Source: Hydrolagus colliei
Taxonomy: Eukaryota
Length of the DNA stretch: 64,000 nt
Assembly (NCBI GenBank): GCA_035084275.1
Contig: CM068750.1
Span: forward strand, 7,068,001 to 7,132,000
Reading direction: 5' to 3'
Below the pieces are notes generated by a model. It had not been told where the DNA came from and made no database searches. It saw only the letters and a program-made list of their open reading frames with translations. Shown one piece after another: positions 11,596-24,425 of the stretch. Position 1 is the first letter of the stretch, and the number at the start of each line of letters is the position of its first letter. The translations under genes were made by a program, and so were the position numbers.

Positions 11596-14389
11596 ATGGA
11601 GAAAGTGTGAAAAATATGCTAAATTAAAAAAAGTGTATGGAAAAAATACTAAGAAGCATCAAGATCTCAGCCCCAATTGGAAAGCACTGAGTATGTCTAG
11701 TTCCATCCCACCAACACACACACACAGCACAATTTTAGCGCTGTTTGGTATAACCACATTAAAAGGGATTTGTTAATCTTCCCTATTCCCCCCTCCCCCC
11801 AATCGTGGTATGGAGATCAAGAGGGATTAAGGCAACTGACTGTATTTCTCCATCGTTCAATAGCATTAGCACCTCACATTGTGACCTTAATGCTATTTAG
11901 CGCTAATGCAAACAGGAATAAGGCTAAACTAAGAATATAATAAGGATTATATCACTCAACACTTGTGTTTTATATCAAAATGTGATCAACGTGCCGTTTA
12001 GACAGACGGTTTTCTCACAGCACGTTGCCACTTATCTGCTGACAGAATTATGTTTAAAGTGTGATTTGGAGCAATTATAATGAATAATTAAGGCAGGTTA
12101 AATTTACTGCCGCTAGGCAGTTATTCGACACAGTGGAAGATAGATAAAATCACACCCTTGGATACAAGATAATTTAGTTATCCTGAACAAAATGTGTCAT
12201 GTCTATGTCCTCATTATGCTAAATGACATGAAGGGATTTGGGATATTAAAACACGTGCCATGTCCCTGTTGAAAAAGCAGCACCCCTCTTCTGATGAAGT
12301 GATTGTTCACTTAATTCAACATAATTTTAACTGCTGTTTGCAGCCACATTTCAGCTGCAATTTGTTTAAACAAAATTAAAGCAATTCCATTAAAACTGCA
12401 AGCTCTGCCAAATGCTTGGTTGGAGCTGAGCAAAGACAAAGTCCCATGTTCAGTCCCCATTCTAATTCATGAGTACAATAAGAATCCCACAAATAGCCTT
12501 ACTGCCCCTGGACTGTGCGATACCGTCAAGGATTTCAACAACAACAACTTTTATTTATATAGCGCCCTCCATGCCGGACGGCGTCTCAGAGTGCTTCCAC
12601 TCCACTCCAGATTGCTAATTATTGATCCTTGCTGGAAAATGAAAGGGTCACTGGATACAGGTCTAGAGAACCTGTTGGTGAAGATAGAATAGGGGTTCAG
12701 TTCTTACATCCCATGAATCGTACTTTCTGCAGACGCTGAAAACAGGATATTTGGGTGATGTACCACTATCAGCCAGGACCCATTCAACTGCCCTCCCTCA
12801 TGAATCAGTTCCATCAGAAGAGAAGGGGAGAAACAGTACTGTATAAATCTACATTCCAGTAGTTTGCGATTATGCAGCAGATATTGTATCTATTGTAGTG
12901 TCAATACATTTTCTCAGTGGCAGACATGGCAAATCAAAATTGTTTGAACATGCTGATTCCAATAACTGAATTTGTCAGTAATCTGCTCAAAGGGCTGTGC
13001 CAATGAAGCAACTAATTGCATGCACCGGACTCCAATGTAGGTCACACGATGCGCTGTTCTGTTCTGTATCGACCACCCAAGAACTTTTAAGAGACAATTT
13101 GGAAGTGGACTTGACATCGATTTGCAGCGCCTGATATTTTACTGTAGTGGTGTGTGTGCCTCTGAAACCACCTCCTCGAGATGAACCTTGGTCGTACAGG
13201 CCCATTGGAATTTTCTTTCAAATAGTGTCACTCACACTAGTTTATAACAAGCTGTTTACACTGATTCACCAAGAAATAAGCATTAAACCTGCAGTAATAT
13301 GAATAATCAGTAATATTATTACATAAACTAAGACCAGGTTTCATTTGATCTGTGCTATTGAAAATTTGGATACTTCTTTTGCATACGTGTCCTTGTCAAT
13401 TATAGGCTTAAAAGGGTGGCTACGAAGCTCAGTAAAAGTATGTAAAACGTCATAACATTTAGCTGAAATCAATACTAAAATGTGCAGTACATCTCAAACT
13501 TGTTATTCTATAATTTAAAGACAGCAATGTTCATGGTAATATCACCGCACATATTTCAATGGAGATTATTTGGAAAGTGTTTAACATGATGTTCAATGGT
13601 ATTTTGTTGCAAACAAACAGCTACATCATGAGTGTTGTATTCATCTTTAAATAGACTTTAAAACGCATTGCCATTCAAGGAGTAGAAATCAAAGGAAATC
13701 ATAGGTGCAATATCCATGGGCAATTTGAATAGAGTTTACCCACATTCACATTTATCAAGACTGAGCAAGATTGCCTCAAAGTATACCAAAAATGAGTTCA
13801 GTTCTGTAAACTGTGTACATTGTGTAGAAATGTAAACTATATTTATCAGACATACAGTTAATTCAACTAGAATGTAAATGCAGCAAAGAGAAAATGCCTT
13901 TGAGTATGCCATACCGAAATTAGTGAAATCTACTCAATTCAAATATAGTCCTTTAATAGTAATAGATCAACAAAGAGCTTAGGAGCAGCTGCAGCTCTGA
14001 CTACACTGAGGGATTGATTAAATCTGTCATGTGGGTAACATATCACCCTTTGAATAATAGGTGTGTGCTACAACTTACAACATGTCTACCACTAATCAAA
14101 AACTTCAAAGAAAGGGTGTAGCAATTTTTGCACGCTTCTCCAGTGAAGCTGTCTCTGTGAGCAACTCACAGTAAGTTTATCTTAAAAGCACAGGTTAGAA
14201 AGATCACATTTTAATAAAAAGATAGAAATGATGCAAGAGATTTTGGTCTAAAAGGATCAGAAAAGTACGCTCCTAAACATAAAGTCATTAGTCACGAAAA
14301 GTTATAAATAAAGAGCATGGAATATTATCCTGAGTGGTATGTTTTATAAGGAATAATGCTGGTCATAAAGGTGTGCAGTTCAGCCTATC

Positions 14390-14760
14390 TGATCTCATCC
14401 TTTAGAAAGTGATGATTCCAGGAGCTTGGCTTTAACCATTCTTCCTCCCGACATGAAAGGCGCTCTATAAATATAATTGTGTTGTTGTTGGTGGTGCTGA
14501 ACTTTTCTGGCTGGTGAATACCTTTCGTGTAGAGAAGTACTTTTGATGCTTGTCCCGAACTTGCCCTTCACAATCTTTAACCTGTGATCTCTCGCCCTCC
14601 ACTTCATAGTTTGTGGATTTACTTTCTTTATCTCGTTGCGTACCTGAGCAGTTTATTTTCAAGGCTTTAAAACCCTGGCCTAACTCATCATGTCGTTCCT
14701 TGTAGTTCAACTCTCTCAATCAGTCTTGTCGCTCTGTTCTGCATTGTCTCTAAGAAATGG
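14390..14760 (-). mobile_element. Old CR1 ORF2 C-terminal fragment, interrupted by an L2 tail (14440-14490)
   Basis: The ORF track shows RELNYKERHDELG and RARDHRLKIVKGKF, similar to LRELSYEERL and RTRGHRLK. Confidence 0.75.
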
Positions 14761-17700
14761 ATGGTCCCCTTTATACCACAGTAATAAGACCTTTATGCAG
14801 TATGACAGGGCTTGATCAGTGACTGCTTCTGCAAAATTCTATTTGAATTCAATTGATAATGTAATTGACGTCCTCCTGACGTGAAAGGCGCTCTAAATTG
14901 TTGTTGTTGTAATAAGTCCATTTACATCCCTTAAGCTTGGTTGCTTTCAACTTCCCTCTTGGAGCATGCTATCCTATCCACTGAATACATGCATCTCCTA
15001 CTTTTTCTGCTGATGGAACTAAAACACACTGAACTATTATTTCCCCTGTATCAAGCTCAGTTCTCGTTGTCTTCTGCATCTATGAAGCCAGAGCGACAAT
15101 CGGGTAAAGGCTCCACTATGTTGATGCTCATGTGTGAAGGTGAATGTGATGGGATGAACGTGTCTGGGTCAATCCGCACAGATGCAGAATTGAAATGAGG
15201 ATTTCGAAAATATAAAAGTGGCAGGTGCACAAAGAGCCACGTTCACGTTCAAGTGTCAGTGCCTCCACTGGAGCATTGCTCTCCATGTAGCTGTAGGCAC
15301 AGCCCCAAATTCAGCCTCCACAGAATATGTACACATGCCTTATTGCACTGCACAACCCTGCTGCTCATTTTCAGGCATGTTCATTTAATCATTTAATAAT
15401 TAGTTAGCGTTGTAATCAGGGGATGTCCCAGTTGTAGGATTATCATGCTGCTGAATTGCAACACTGTGTTGTCCCAACCTCATTCAGCCAAACATTTTAC
15501 CCTGCAGAAAACTGGACTGTAGGTGCAGCTAATTACTTGGTAAAACAAACATGTCACAAATGTGAAGAATTTGTGGGTGTAAGGAGTTCATCAAAGACGC
15601 TGGCTTGCAAACTTTGTAATGGAGAGACATTCCACCCGGCTCTAGATTTAATCCAAATTCTGGACACTCTTAAAAGCTACGTAAATAGAGTAAATCTAGA
15701 CCGAGAGAAAAATTAATCCCCGACAGAATCTCTGGGTCAGAAGACTTTTGCACCATAAGTACACTGAATTCTTCCTTTTCCAGTTACTGTCCGCTTTTGC
15801 CTGTAGAGACAACAAATTCTGAGCTAAATATAAGAGCTCATTTATGCAGTTATATCCCATTGTGAGATCTGAGACTCTTTCCTGCAAGAAAGTCCTACAG
15901 AGGTTTTTAGAGTCAATAATCATTTAAAGGCTATTTTAATTCTCCTGGTTATACTATATTTGTTATAGTGTGGATTTATTTTCACTTGCTTTGTTTTCAT
16001 TTGATCATGTGATCTGTTACTCATTTGGGGATAAATTGGCCAAACTCCAAGTGAATGTGTAAATGCTTCCATCTTCCATTAGAGATTGCATGGCGCAATC
16101 AAAGAGATTAACAATCGTTTATTAAGGATCATGTGGGAAAAATGCATGACTTGGAAAAGACAGATATACCCCCAAAAGGATGCAGTCTAGTTCATAAGAG
16201 ATGCAGTGTTACTTACCTTGTGATTTGCGTGCATACCTGAATATAAGAAAATTTATTGGAAACCTTTTGAATTATAATAAAGTACATATTCTGAAAATTC
16301 CCAAATCCAGAATCTTGAGTTTGTTCTAACACAGAAGCTACCTGGGATGAATGCTTCAGACACAGAATAAATATAGTTGTGACTACATTTTCTATAGCTG
16401 TTAGTGCATATTTACATCTTGCTTCTGGCATGATACAACAGGATTTAATAAATGCTATTTATAGTCCTAGATAACAATGTAGCCAAAGAAGCATTCGCAA
16501 AGGAATGGTTTCAGGATTAACCACATATTTTACTGTTTACTTACCATTTATTTTATTGTAAAATGTCACCATTGTGGATTCACCATAAATGTAGTACTGT
16601 ACAGCATTATGAAATGTAAGGTACCTATATAAGAAATGGTAATGTTGGTATTGGTAAAAAAAAAAGGCCAAGATTTTGTGCTGTTAACAGATAGGCAGTG
16701 GTTCATGATTGGTATTCAATATATAGTACTGTACTTTGATTACATGATCTTGTGAATACATCACACTTTAGCCATGAAACCAGAATCAATCATCATGGAT
16801 AAATCTCAAGGTACTCACCCACACCTACAAATCCCTTTATGCCCTACAATCCACCTAGAGAAAAAGCAGCTTTTTGTTCACTCCTATGACAATTTCATTC
16901 CCACAGTGTATTGTGCTAGTAAGATGAATAAACTGTTTGCCATAGGTCAATGGTGCTGTTTCCAACTTACAGACAGACAGTGGAATATCACAGTAATAGA
17001 CATTAGTACACCCCACAATTTGGACAAGACAAGCTGGCATAAACAAGGATTTGCACAAATGAAGGCTCTTTTTTGTTTCTTTTAAATACAAGCAGCAAAT
17101 TCCACATCGACATGTGACTTATCTGCAAGGGCTTAGATGAGAGAGGGCAAACGTAAATTACGATTTACAGACTGAAAAAGATAAAATAAATGTGGGCAAA
17201 TAATAAAAAGTTAAAAAGTACTTATACTCGTATGAACCCACTACATTGTTTGTGTTTCCCACATGCTACCTTCGAGGTACGCTATAAACTGATGCACAGA
17301 GATGGGCAGCTGGGAGGTGTAATTAAGGAAATATATAAATAATTGGTAGGTTTTACAACAATACTGTATTGTTTTACCTCCTGGAAAGTACATTTCGTTG
17401 TATGTTGAGTAGAGCACACTCATTGTTTGAGGCACGCAGCCTTGAACATTTTATTATAGGGTTGGTTCCTCTGATAAACGTACATTCTTTTAAGCAACAG
17501 GAATTGAACTCATAACTTCAATAAACATTATTACACTCTTTAACAAGCTCTCTTTCAATCTTGCCCCTCAGTTTAAAGGAAAGATTAATTTCATGCTCAC
17601 TAGACTGACTAATTCCAAGTGTTGGTGCAAGTGGATTGAGATGCATGGATTTTTCTGGGAAATACTATCAATGGTTGTAAATGAAGCCTCCATTGAATGT

Positions 17701-18666
17701 TTTCATAGCTCTGTCATTTGCAGGTGCTAGAGGGATTTGTGCAGTGGATGCCTGGAATACTTTTGAAAGTAGGAGAGATTATTAACTTGCTGGCGTGAGT
17801 CCTTTGTGCCACTACCAGCTATTAGTTATTGGCTCATACCCAGGATCGTCCACTTTGGAGTAGATTCTGCCACCAAGGGAAAGGTCATTAAGGGCTGTAC
17901 TTTATTCTTGTTAGTATGTTCTAACATAATTAGCAGAAGTTATTCTCCAGATGGTTTCCTTCCTGTCAGCAAGTACCTATGGTTTAATGGTCTGTCTTGG
18001 ATTCCACATTTCATTGGGTGAGGTTAGGAGCAAAATTATATACTTTGATCCACCCTCTGCTAATTCTTTCTTAAGAATTCATGAGTTATGGGAATTCATG
18101 AGTTGTGGGAATTAATGGCGGATATGGGAAGAGAAAAAGAAACCACACAGCTCACATTGCAACAGGCCTCTCTAATACGATTGCTATAAGAGGTTCTTTC
18201 TGGTCAGTGTTCTGAATTTCATTAAGCCCTTGTTACAAAATATTGCAGAATTAAGCTAATTTACAAGGTTTTAATGGAATTAAAGTTTCAAAATATACCG
18301 TGCTCTTTATAAGGGATTTCAAACTAAATTCATTCTTGGCCTCATTATCACTGATGGGTAGACTGTTAACCCTTTAGGGCCCGGCGTTTCTCAGTTAGCA
18401 ACACATTATGTATTTTGAACTTTTTTAAAAAACAGATGTTATATTCGGTAAACAATGACAACGATTTGCACTTATTTTGCACCCTCCACACAGGGTAGCA
18501 TCTCAGAGTGCTTAACAATAGTGGAGCCTGAATCCAAGTCAAGAGTTAGAGGGAGGGGATTGGGTAGGGGATATAAGCACGGTCAAAAAGGAAGGTTTGG
18601 CACAGTGTTTGGCAATGAGGACAATACAGCTGAGCCTGAACATATCTTCATCCAATCTCCACATGT

Positions 18667-18669
<3 letters not shown>

Positions 18670-18700
<31 letters not shown>
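18670..18700. repeat. (CA)n microsatellite inside an ancient SINE
   Basis: About 15 perfect CA units. Confidence 0.95.
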
Positions 18701-18705
<5 letters not shown>

Positions 18706-19427
18706 TACATGCCCCACATATTCCAGCAGGAGTCATTAGATGGCAATCAGAAATCTGGGCTGATTTCCTCCTCCAGTGCTGTCTCTAATCACCAAACTCT
18801 GCACAGTCCATGCATTGGATCTGTTCTTTCCAACTATACCACATGTGCATCTTTTTCATGTACAAATTTAGAAATCTATAAATCTCTGCACGCCTGGCCA
18901 AGGGCATGGAAATGTGTTTGGAGATTAATGGAATGCCAACAAATATTTCTTAATTCAAACTAATCATGAAAAGAAAGGGAAACATTGATATCTTGCTGGA
19001 TTTGGTACAGAAATATTATTGCCATTTGTATTGGCAGGTCTTGCATCTATTTTGATGGGTCCCATTAAGGTCTTAAGATCAAAGGCATGCAATCCTACAA
19101 AATATACAATCAATGCAATTTACAGTATATTCTATGAAGCGCTTTCAGATGTGTCGAAGTCGTGATAAGGCGCTTTATCAAAATGCAAGGATTATTATTA
19201 TAATCTGTAGATTACAAATTTTCCGCTAGCTTCCTCCCTTATATTGTGTTGACCATATCAGAGACAGAATGGAAACAACAACAACAACAAAATTACGCTT
19301 GTATAGCGCCTTTCACATCAAGAAACATTTTGCAGCTGAGGAATAACTTTATTCTTTGCTATTTGCAAGCCCCCGAGTGCATGTGGAGCCGAGGCGGAGC
19401 TGAGGACCTGGGTGTGTGGAGCCGAGT

Positions 19428-19495
19428 GGGGGGGGGGGGGGGGAGATGTGCAACAAAAACATTGCTGAATTAGGGGGGGGGGGGGGGGGGGGGGG
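19428..19495. repeat. Poly-G tracts (G16 at 19428-19443, G23 at 19473-19495)
   Basis: Directly visible. Confidence 0.95.
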
Positions 19496-19939
19496 CGCTA
19501 TTCAAAGTTTGGAAGCCATTGGTTTAAGATATGTGCTGGTACTGTACTCAGTTTACGACAGCAGCTGACATAAAGTTGCACAACTCTACTAATGAAACAC
19601 AATCCTTTTTGCAACTACTTTTATTGACTGTTAAGATCGCTGGCTTATCTTATTCCTGTAAATTGTCCTCCTTCGGCCTCTTTTATTTGTCATTTACATT
19701 TCTGTTTTTGTACTCACTTACCACCAAAGTTCGACTCAATTCATTTGTAATTGCAACAAACGTCTAACAGAATAATATGTTTAAACTGTGGATAACACAC
19801 TGAAAATATACTGCATCTTTAGAGGTTTAACACCAATTTATTTTCCCATTGTAGGTTAAATTGAAAGTTAGAGTAGCTAAGAGAAAGTTATGTAGCTAAG
19901 AGAAATGGAAAGTAATCTATTCCCAGGTTGCTTTGATAA

Positions 19940-20245
19940 TCTTTGCACTTGATACACCACCTTACAACACCATCAAAACGCCATAGGATTTACTGTAAAG
20001 TGTAGTTACCACCTATTATACATGGCAACCAATTTGCACATTAATGTCACACAGAACAACCATGAAATGCATGACCAATTTCATCTGGAGAATTGTTAGC
20101 CAGCATCTCAGTTTAACACATCTTCGGAAGGGCGAGCGGTACATCACACGATACAATGCTTTTCCCGGGACTGCATTGGAATGTTAACCTAGACTAGGAG
20201 ATCAAAGTCTCAATGTCTGCAATGTTCTGACTCAGTCAGGAAGGC
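19940..20245 (-). repeat. Degenerate Deu-domain SINE
   Basis: ctcagtttaacacatcttcggaagg..ctgcattggaatgttaacctaga..ttctgactcag. Further 5' fragments lie at ~44205-44390(+) and 45030-45200(+). Confidence 0.6.
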
Positions 20246-20741
20246 TCCCAGCTGTCCCCTGGTGCCGCTAAACTGTACTCTGTGGCTTTTCCTCGAAAGA
20301 AGAAACTCAGAATCACTTGACACATCTCATAGGCTACCCCCCCTGAGATGGGGAATGAGCACCACTGCTCTGTGTTGTGCACACGAACAATGTTCTGTGC
20401 CCCCTATGGTTACAACGTCCACTTGCACAGTAGCTGGGAGCCTTCATTACCTTCCCGAAGTAATGCATTTTTCATGTGTGAGTCCATGTCTGAAGAACAG
20501 TTACCTGTGAAGTGCCTAAGAGCAGATTCCTGTTTGAAAAGGGGCCAGAGGAACAGCTACCACTTTCACAATTTGATAACAAAATTTCCAAACCTCTGAT
20601 GAGGGTAAACCAGGAGGATTCTTTAATAACTTAGGTGAAAGCTTAGGCGAGTTCCCTGCTCCACACAGGAGCTGTTTACCTAGCAGTAACAGACCAGTAA
20701 GTAGGAACTCAGTTGTCAGTCAATTGTGGATCGCCATCCGG

Positions 20742-20950
20742 GGGTAATAATCCCTTAAAAAAATATATAATTTAGTCACTCAATCTAAGAGTGTTTATCA
20801 GACATAGCTATGTGCCATTGACCGCTGTGTTTAACCCACAAAACTTACAGTCAATTCGCTTGATAGTATGTTAGTGAAGTGCTTTGAGACGTCTCAGCAA
20901 TGTGATAAGGCGCTATATAAAATGTAAGGATTACTATTTATTATTATTAC
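20742..20950 (+). repeat. tRNA-SINE 3' part (same family)
   Basis: Same body and tail motifs. Further fragments lie at ~19085-19203(+), 22185-22285(-), 34590-34730(-), 55540-55678(+) and 55740-55830(-). Confidence 0.75.
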
Positions 20951-23900
20951 CTTACTCCTCTCTATGGCTGTAAAAGGGAGGATTCTGGATGTATTAAAAC
21001 AGAAATGAAGAAGATGGGGTGGAGTTAAATTACTATTTGGGGGGGCTCAGATTTCATATTATCCAATGAACATACAGTAGTAAAAAGTGTGAGACATTTG
21101 TATTAACTGCAGGAGGAGTGAGAACACTACACTTCAACAAGTCGCGATGGAGTTATTGCAATGTTTACCTTGTACACACAAAGCTTTAGGTCATCTATAT
21201 TAAGTCTAGAAGAAATTCTGGGACATGTTTTTTCCTGTTTGGAAGCGCTGCCCTGAGAAACCTAATGTTTACACTGTGTCTACTCGGATTTTTTTAAGGA
21301 ATAAACCTTTATGGCTTAAAGCACCATATCCTTATATGTTTACGACTTTGTTTCTTTGAAATTAGAACTTCAAATTAACAAACACATTATTGTTAGTAGA
21401 CCGTGGCAAAAATTGCATGAGAAGCTCTCATCTTCCTGTAAAAATTCAGGACTTCTCATGCGATTCTTAGATGATCATTAAGATTTTTCTCAGTGTACGT
21501 GTAAACCTCCATAATTGTCCGCCAGAGAAATTTCCCTTTTATGCATATTAGATGTCTTTTCAATCACTGAATGGCATAATGGCTTCTGGTCTGTTGTCTG
21601 CTTATATTCAGTCAATGGCGATTAAGCATTGTAACCACATTGAGAAGAGCAGGAACACGAGTCTAGCCCCAGTTTGGCTATTTTAAAATAAAGTTGACCA
21701 TTTTTGCATTGAATGTTAATTTCCTAAAGTTGAGCAAATTGGAGTATAATAGAAGTTCACCTCTGTTGAAGTCTGAAGCCAAGCTTTGTGCTTTTCCAAA
21801 ATATTTTGTCAAACTCGTACCCCAGTCTCATTGAACCTCTCTATTGAATACAAATAAACACTTTTTTTTTGCTCAATACAGAACTGGATTTGGAAGGCTT
21901 CATTTAAAAAAAGTATGAAACGAATAAATTAAAAACAAATATTTTCATTTGCATCAGGCTTTCCATGTCACACCATTTCTCAATTTCCATAAACTTTTAA
22001 TTCAGCGTTGACTGGTAATGATGATGTTGATCTAATACACTGACTGCAACCTCAACATCATTGCCAAGATGAGCTGTGCTCTTGAAGACGTCAGCACTAT
22101 TTACTGTTCAACACTGAATCACATCAGTCACATTACTTCAACATTCCATACCCCAAAGTCGGCAAAACAGGAGTCATTCACGAACTCTTGCGTTTGATTT
22201 AGCGCTTTTCACATCGGGAGGATGTCTCAAAAATCTTTTGCAGGATTTACTGTAAAGTGTAGTTAGCTGTGTATTTTGTAGGTTAATGACCTAGGTGCCC
22301 CTCAAAATGGCTTTGCACTTCCCTCACAATCATTTTAAATATACAGGGTGGGGGGGAATAATCCTCCGTACAATGCAGCATTTCAAAACATTGCTGAAAG
22401 CAACACTTAAATTTAGCAATCCGAAATAAAATAATGCTATTGTTCTAATCCCTGCATTACTTTGCTAGCCAACAAATTAAGTGGATTTTTGTAGGTGTTA
22501 AAACCACATTTTCAGCAATAATTCTGAAATCAATCTTCAGCTTTCATTTGTAGCTCAGTTACCAGTAACAAACCTATGGTACTTAGTCTGTACATACTTA
22601 GGTGGGGCTAGTTAATGTAATGTAGAGATTCTGTGCACGCCACGTTTTAGCTGATTGTTTTCTATTTATCTGTATATAATACAGATCTACTTTTACATTG
22701 ATTTACATTTGGAGGCACTTAAATCCTGCACTGACACTTACACAGCAAACAATAGATTTTGATTTCAACATTTATAACAAGAAAGGGACCAATGCAAGAA
22801 TTTAACCTTGGAAGGGTAGAGTTATACTGAAATGTTTGTCAGGGGACACAAGAAATATCACAAGAGTTCATTGATTGCATGTGAATTATTGACAAGAAAA
22901 CTGACATGGCTATTTACTGTGGTTAGTTGTTTTTTTTTGAGGGTGGGGGTGTGGTTGCATGCAAGTTTGACACTGCGTTGGACAGTTTAAAGAACCCATG
23001 TCAATCCTCCAGCTGATACATTTCCAACGTGTGTTGGCTGCTTTCCAATACTTCAGCTGCAACCTCTGCAACTCCTTCCCTTTCCCCCTCCATCTCGCCC
23101 TTTTACCCCTCCATCTGTTCTTAAATCTCTCCTAAAAACCTCTTCGCCACCTTTCCCACTCCTTTCTCTCTTGCTCGGCCTCTGATCGAGTCACCGTGAA
23201 GTGCTCGAGACTAACCTATGTGAAGGGCACTGAATGAATGTAAGTTGTTGTGATTGGAACAATTATCCTTGCATATGATGTAGCACGTTTAAGGTCAAAC
23301 GAGCTTTGCAAAATTACAGCGGTAGGTCTATTAATTGATTTAAAAAGGAACTGATTGAATTCCTAGATTTGCAAGGGATTGAAGGTAAAAGAGACAAGTT
23401 CAGACACAAGTAATGTATTACACGGGCCATTATAGATCCAGTCATGTTTGGAGCTTGGGAGAGTTACCGTGGAATGCTGCTGGTCAGGTTGACTTCTGCA
23501 GGTTGGGGAGTTAGATTGATATCCTGGAGTTATTTTGCTCAATTATCTTTGGGACTGCAGGAGACATTTCAAAGTGTTTCTTTACTTTGAAGTGCCGCTG
23601 GAGAGCATTTACCCCCAAGAAGATCAAATAACATGAAGCCGATGAAGCTAATGCATAATATTAGGTTATTTTTGTCTGATGAAAGGAATGAGCTTGTTGG
23701 GCAGATTGGTCTTTTCTCATTCCATACCTTCTTTAGCAAGAGAAAATGGCGAGTGATAGGTTTTCTAAATTGTGAAACATTTGCGATGAAAAGCAATTAC
23801 AAAAAGGTTCTCGCTCTAACATTACTGAGATTGAGGTTCGACCATGACCTCTTCACCTTTCGAACCAGTGTTCCAAACCAGAGAAGGATAGGTTGATTGC

Positions 23901-24159
23901 CTCTAAATAATCTTTATTAAAGATTGTGAAGGACACAGCAAGCAGGTGTCCAGAGCAAGGATGTCAACTATCCTTATGAATGGACCCATGGAAAGTAGAA
24001 CTGTCACAACAGTGTAGGTTTGACCCATAGGTCCCTCCCCCATCCTGACCCCCAGCTTGGGTCCAAATCCCTGACTATCTAATGCCTTGGGATGTTCTCT
24101 GCAAGTGAAAGGTGCTATACAAATGTAATATTCTATTATATAGTAATGAGTCTGCAACC

Positions 24160-24425
24160 AGCTAGTTGAAGTTTATTGTGCAAGGCGCACATAGGATACT
24201 AGAATTAGCCTCAGTGTCAGTAGACTAGACAGGAAAAAAGAATCACTTAAAAGTTCTCAATTCTGATCTTTATCCAGTGAATTTTGCTGGGGAATAAACA
24301 TGTGTGACATTAGAGAGGATAGGATCAGAATTGGTTGTGGTATTTTCTCCTCATCCCCACACACACACCTCCGCCCTGCCTGAATAGCTTGCCAACACTC
24401 ACTGTCTGGGCTTGCACATGAAAAT
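24160..24425 (+). repeat. Ancient tRNA-derived SINE, AmnSINE2-like
   Basis: aattagcctcagtg..tatccagtga..gaggataggatc..gaatagcttgccaacactcactgtctgggcttgcacatgaa. Other copies lie at ~4810-5030(-), 9150-9265(-), 12620-12835(+), 18625-18780(-), 25885-25990(-) and 32145-32387(+). Confidence 0.62.

Noticed and set aside
12291-12320. CTGATGA plus stem as a hammerhead (also ~988, 8491, 20596, 23676)
   Set aside because: No correctly placed stem II, GAAA and helix III.
17724-17794. Plus-strand 71-nt exon VLEGFVQWMPGILLKVGEIINLL
   Set aside because: Splice signals are present, but it is isolated with no recognisable protein; such pseudo-exons are expected by chance.
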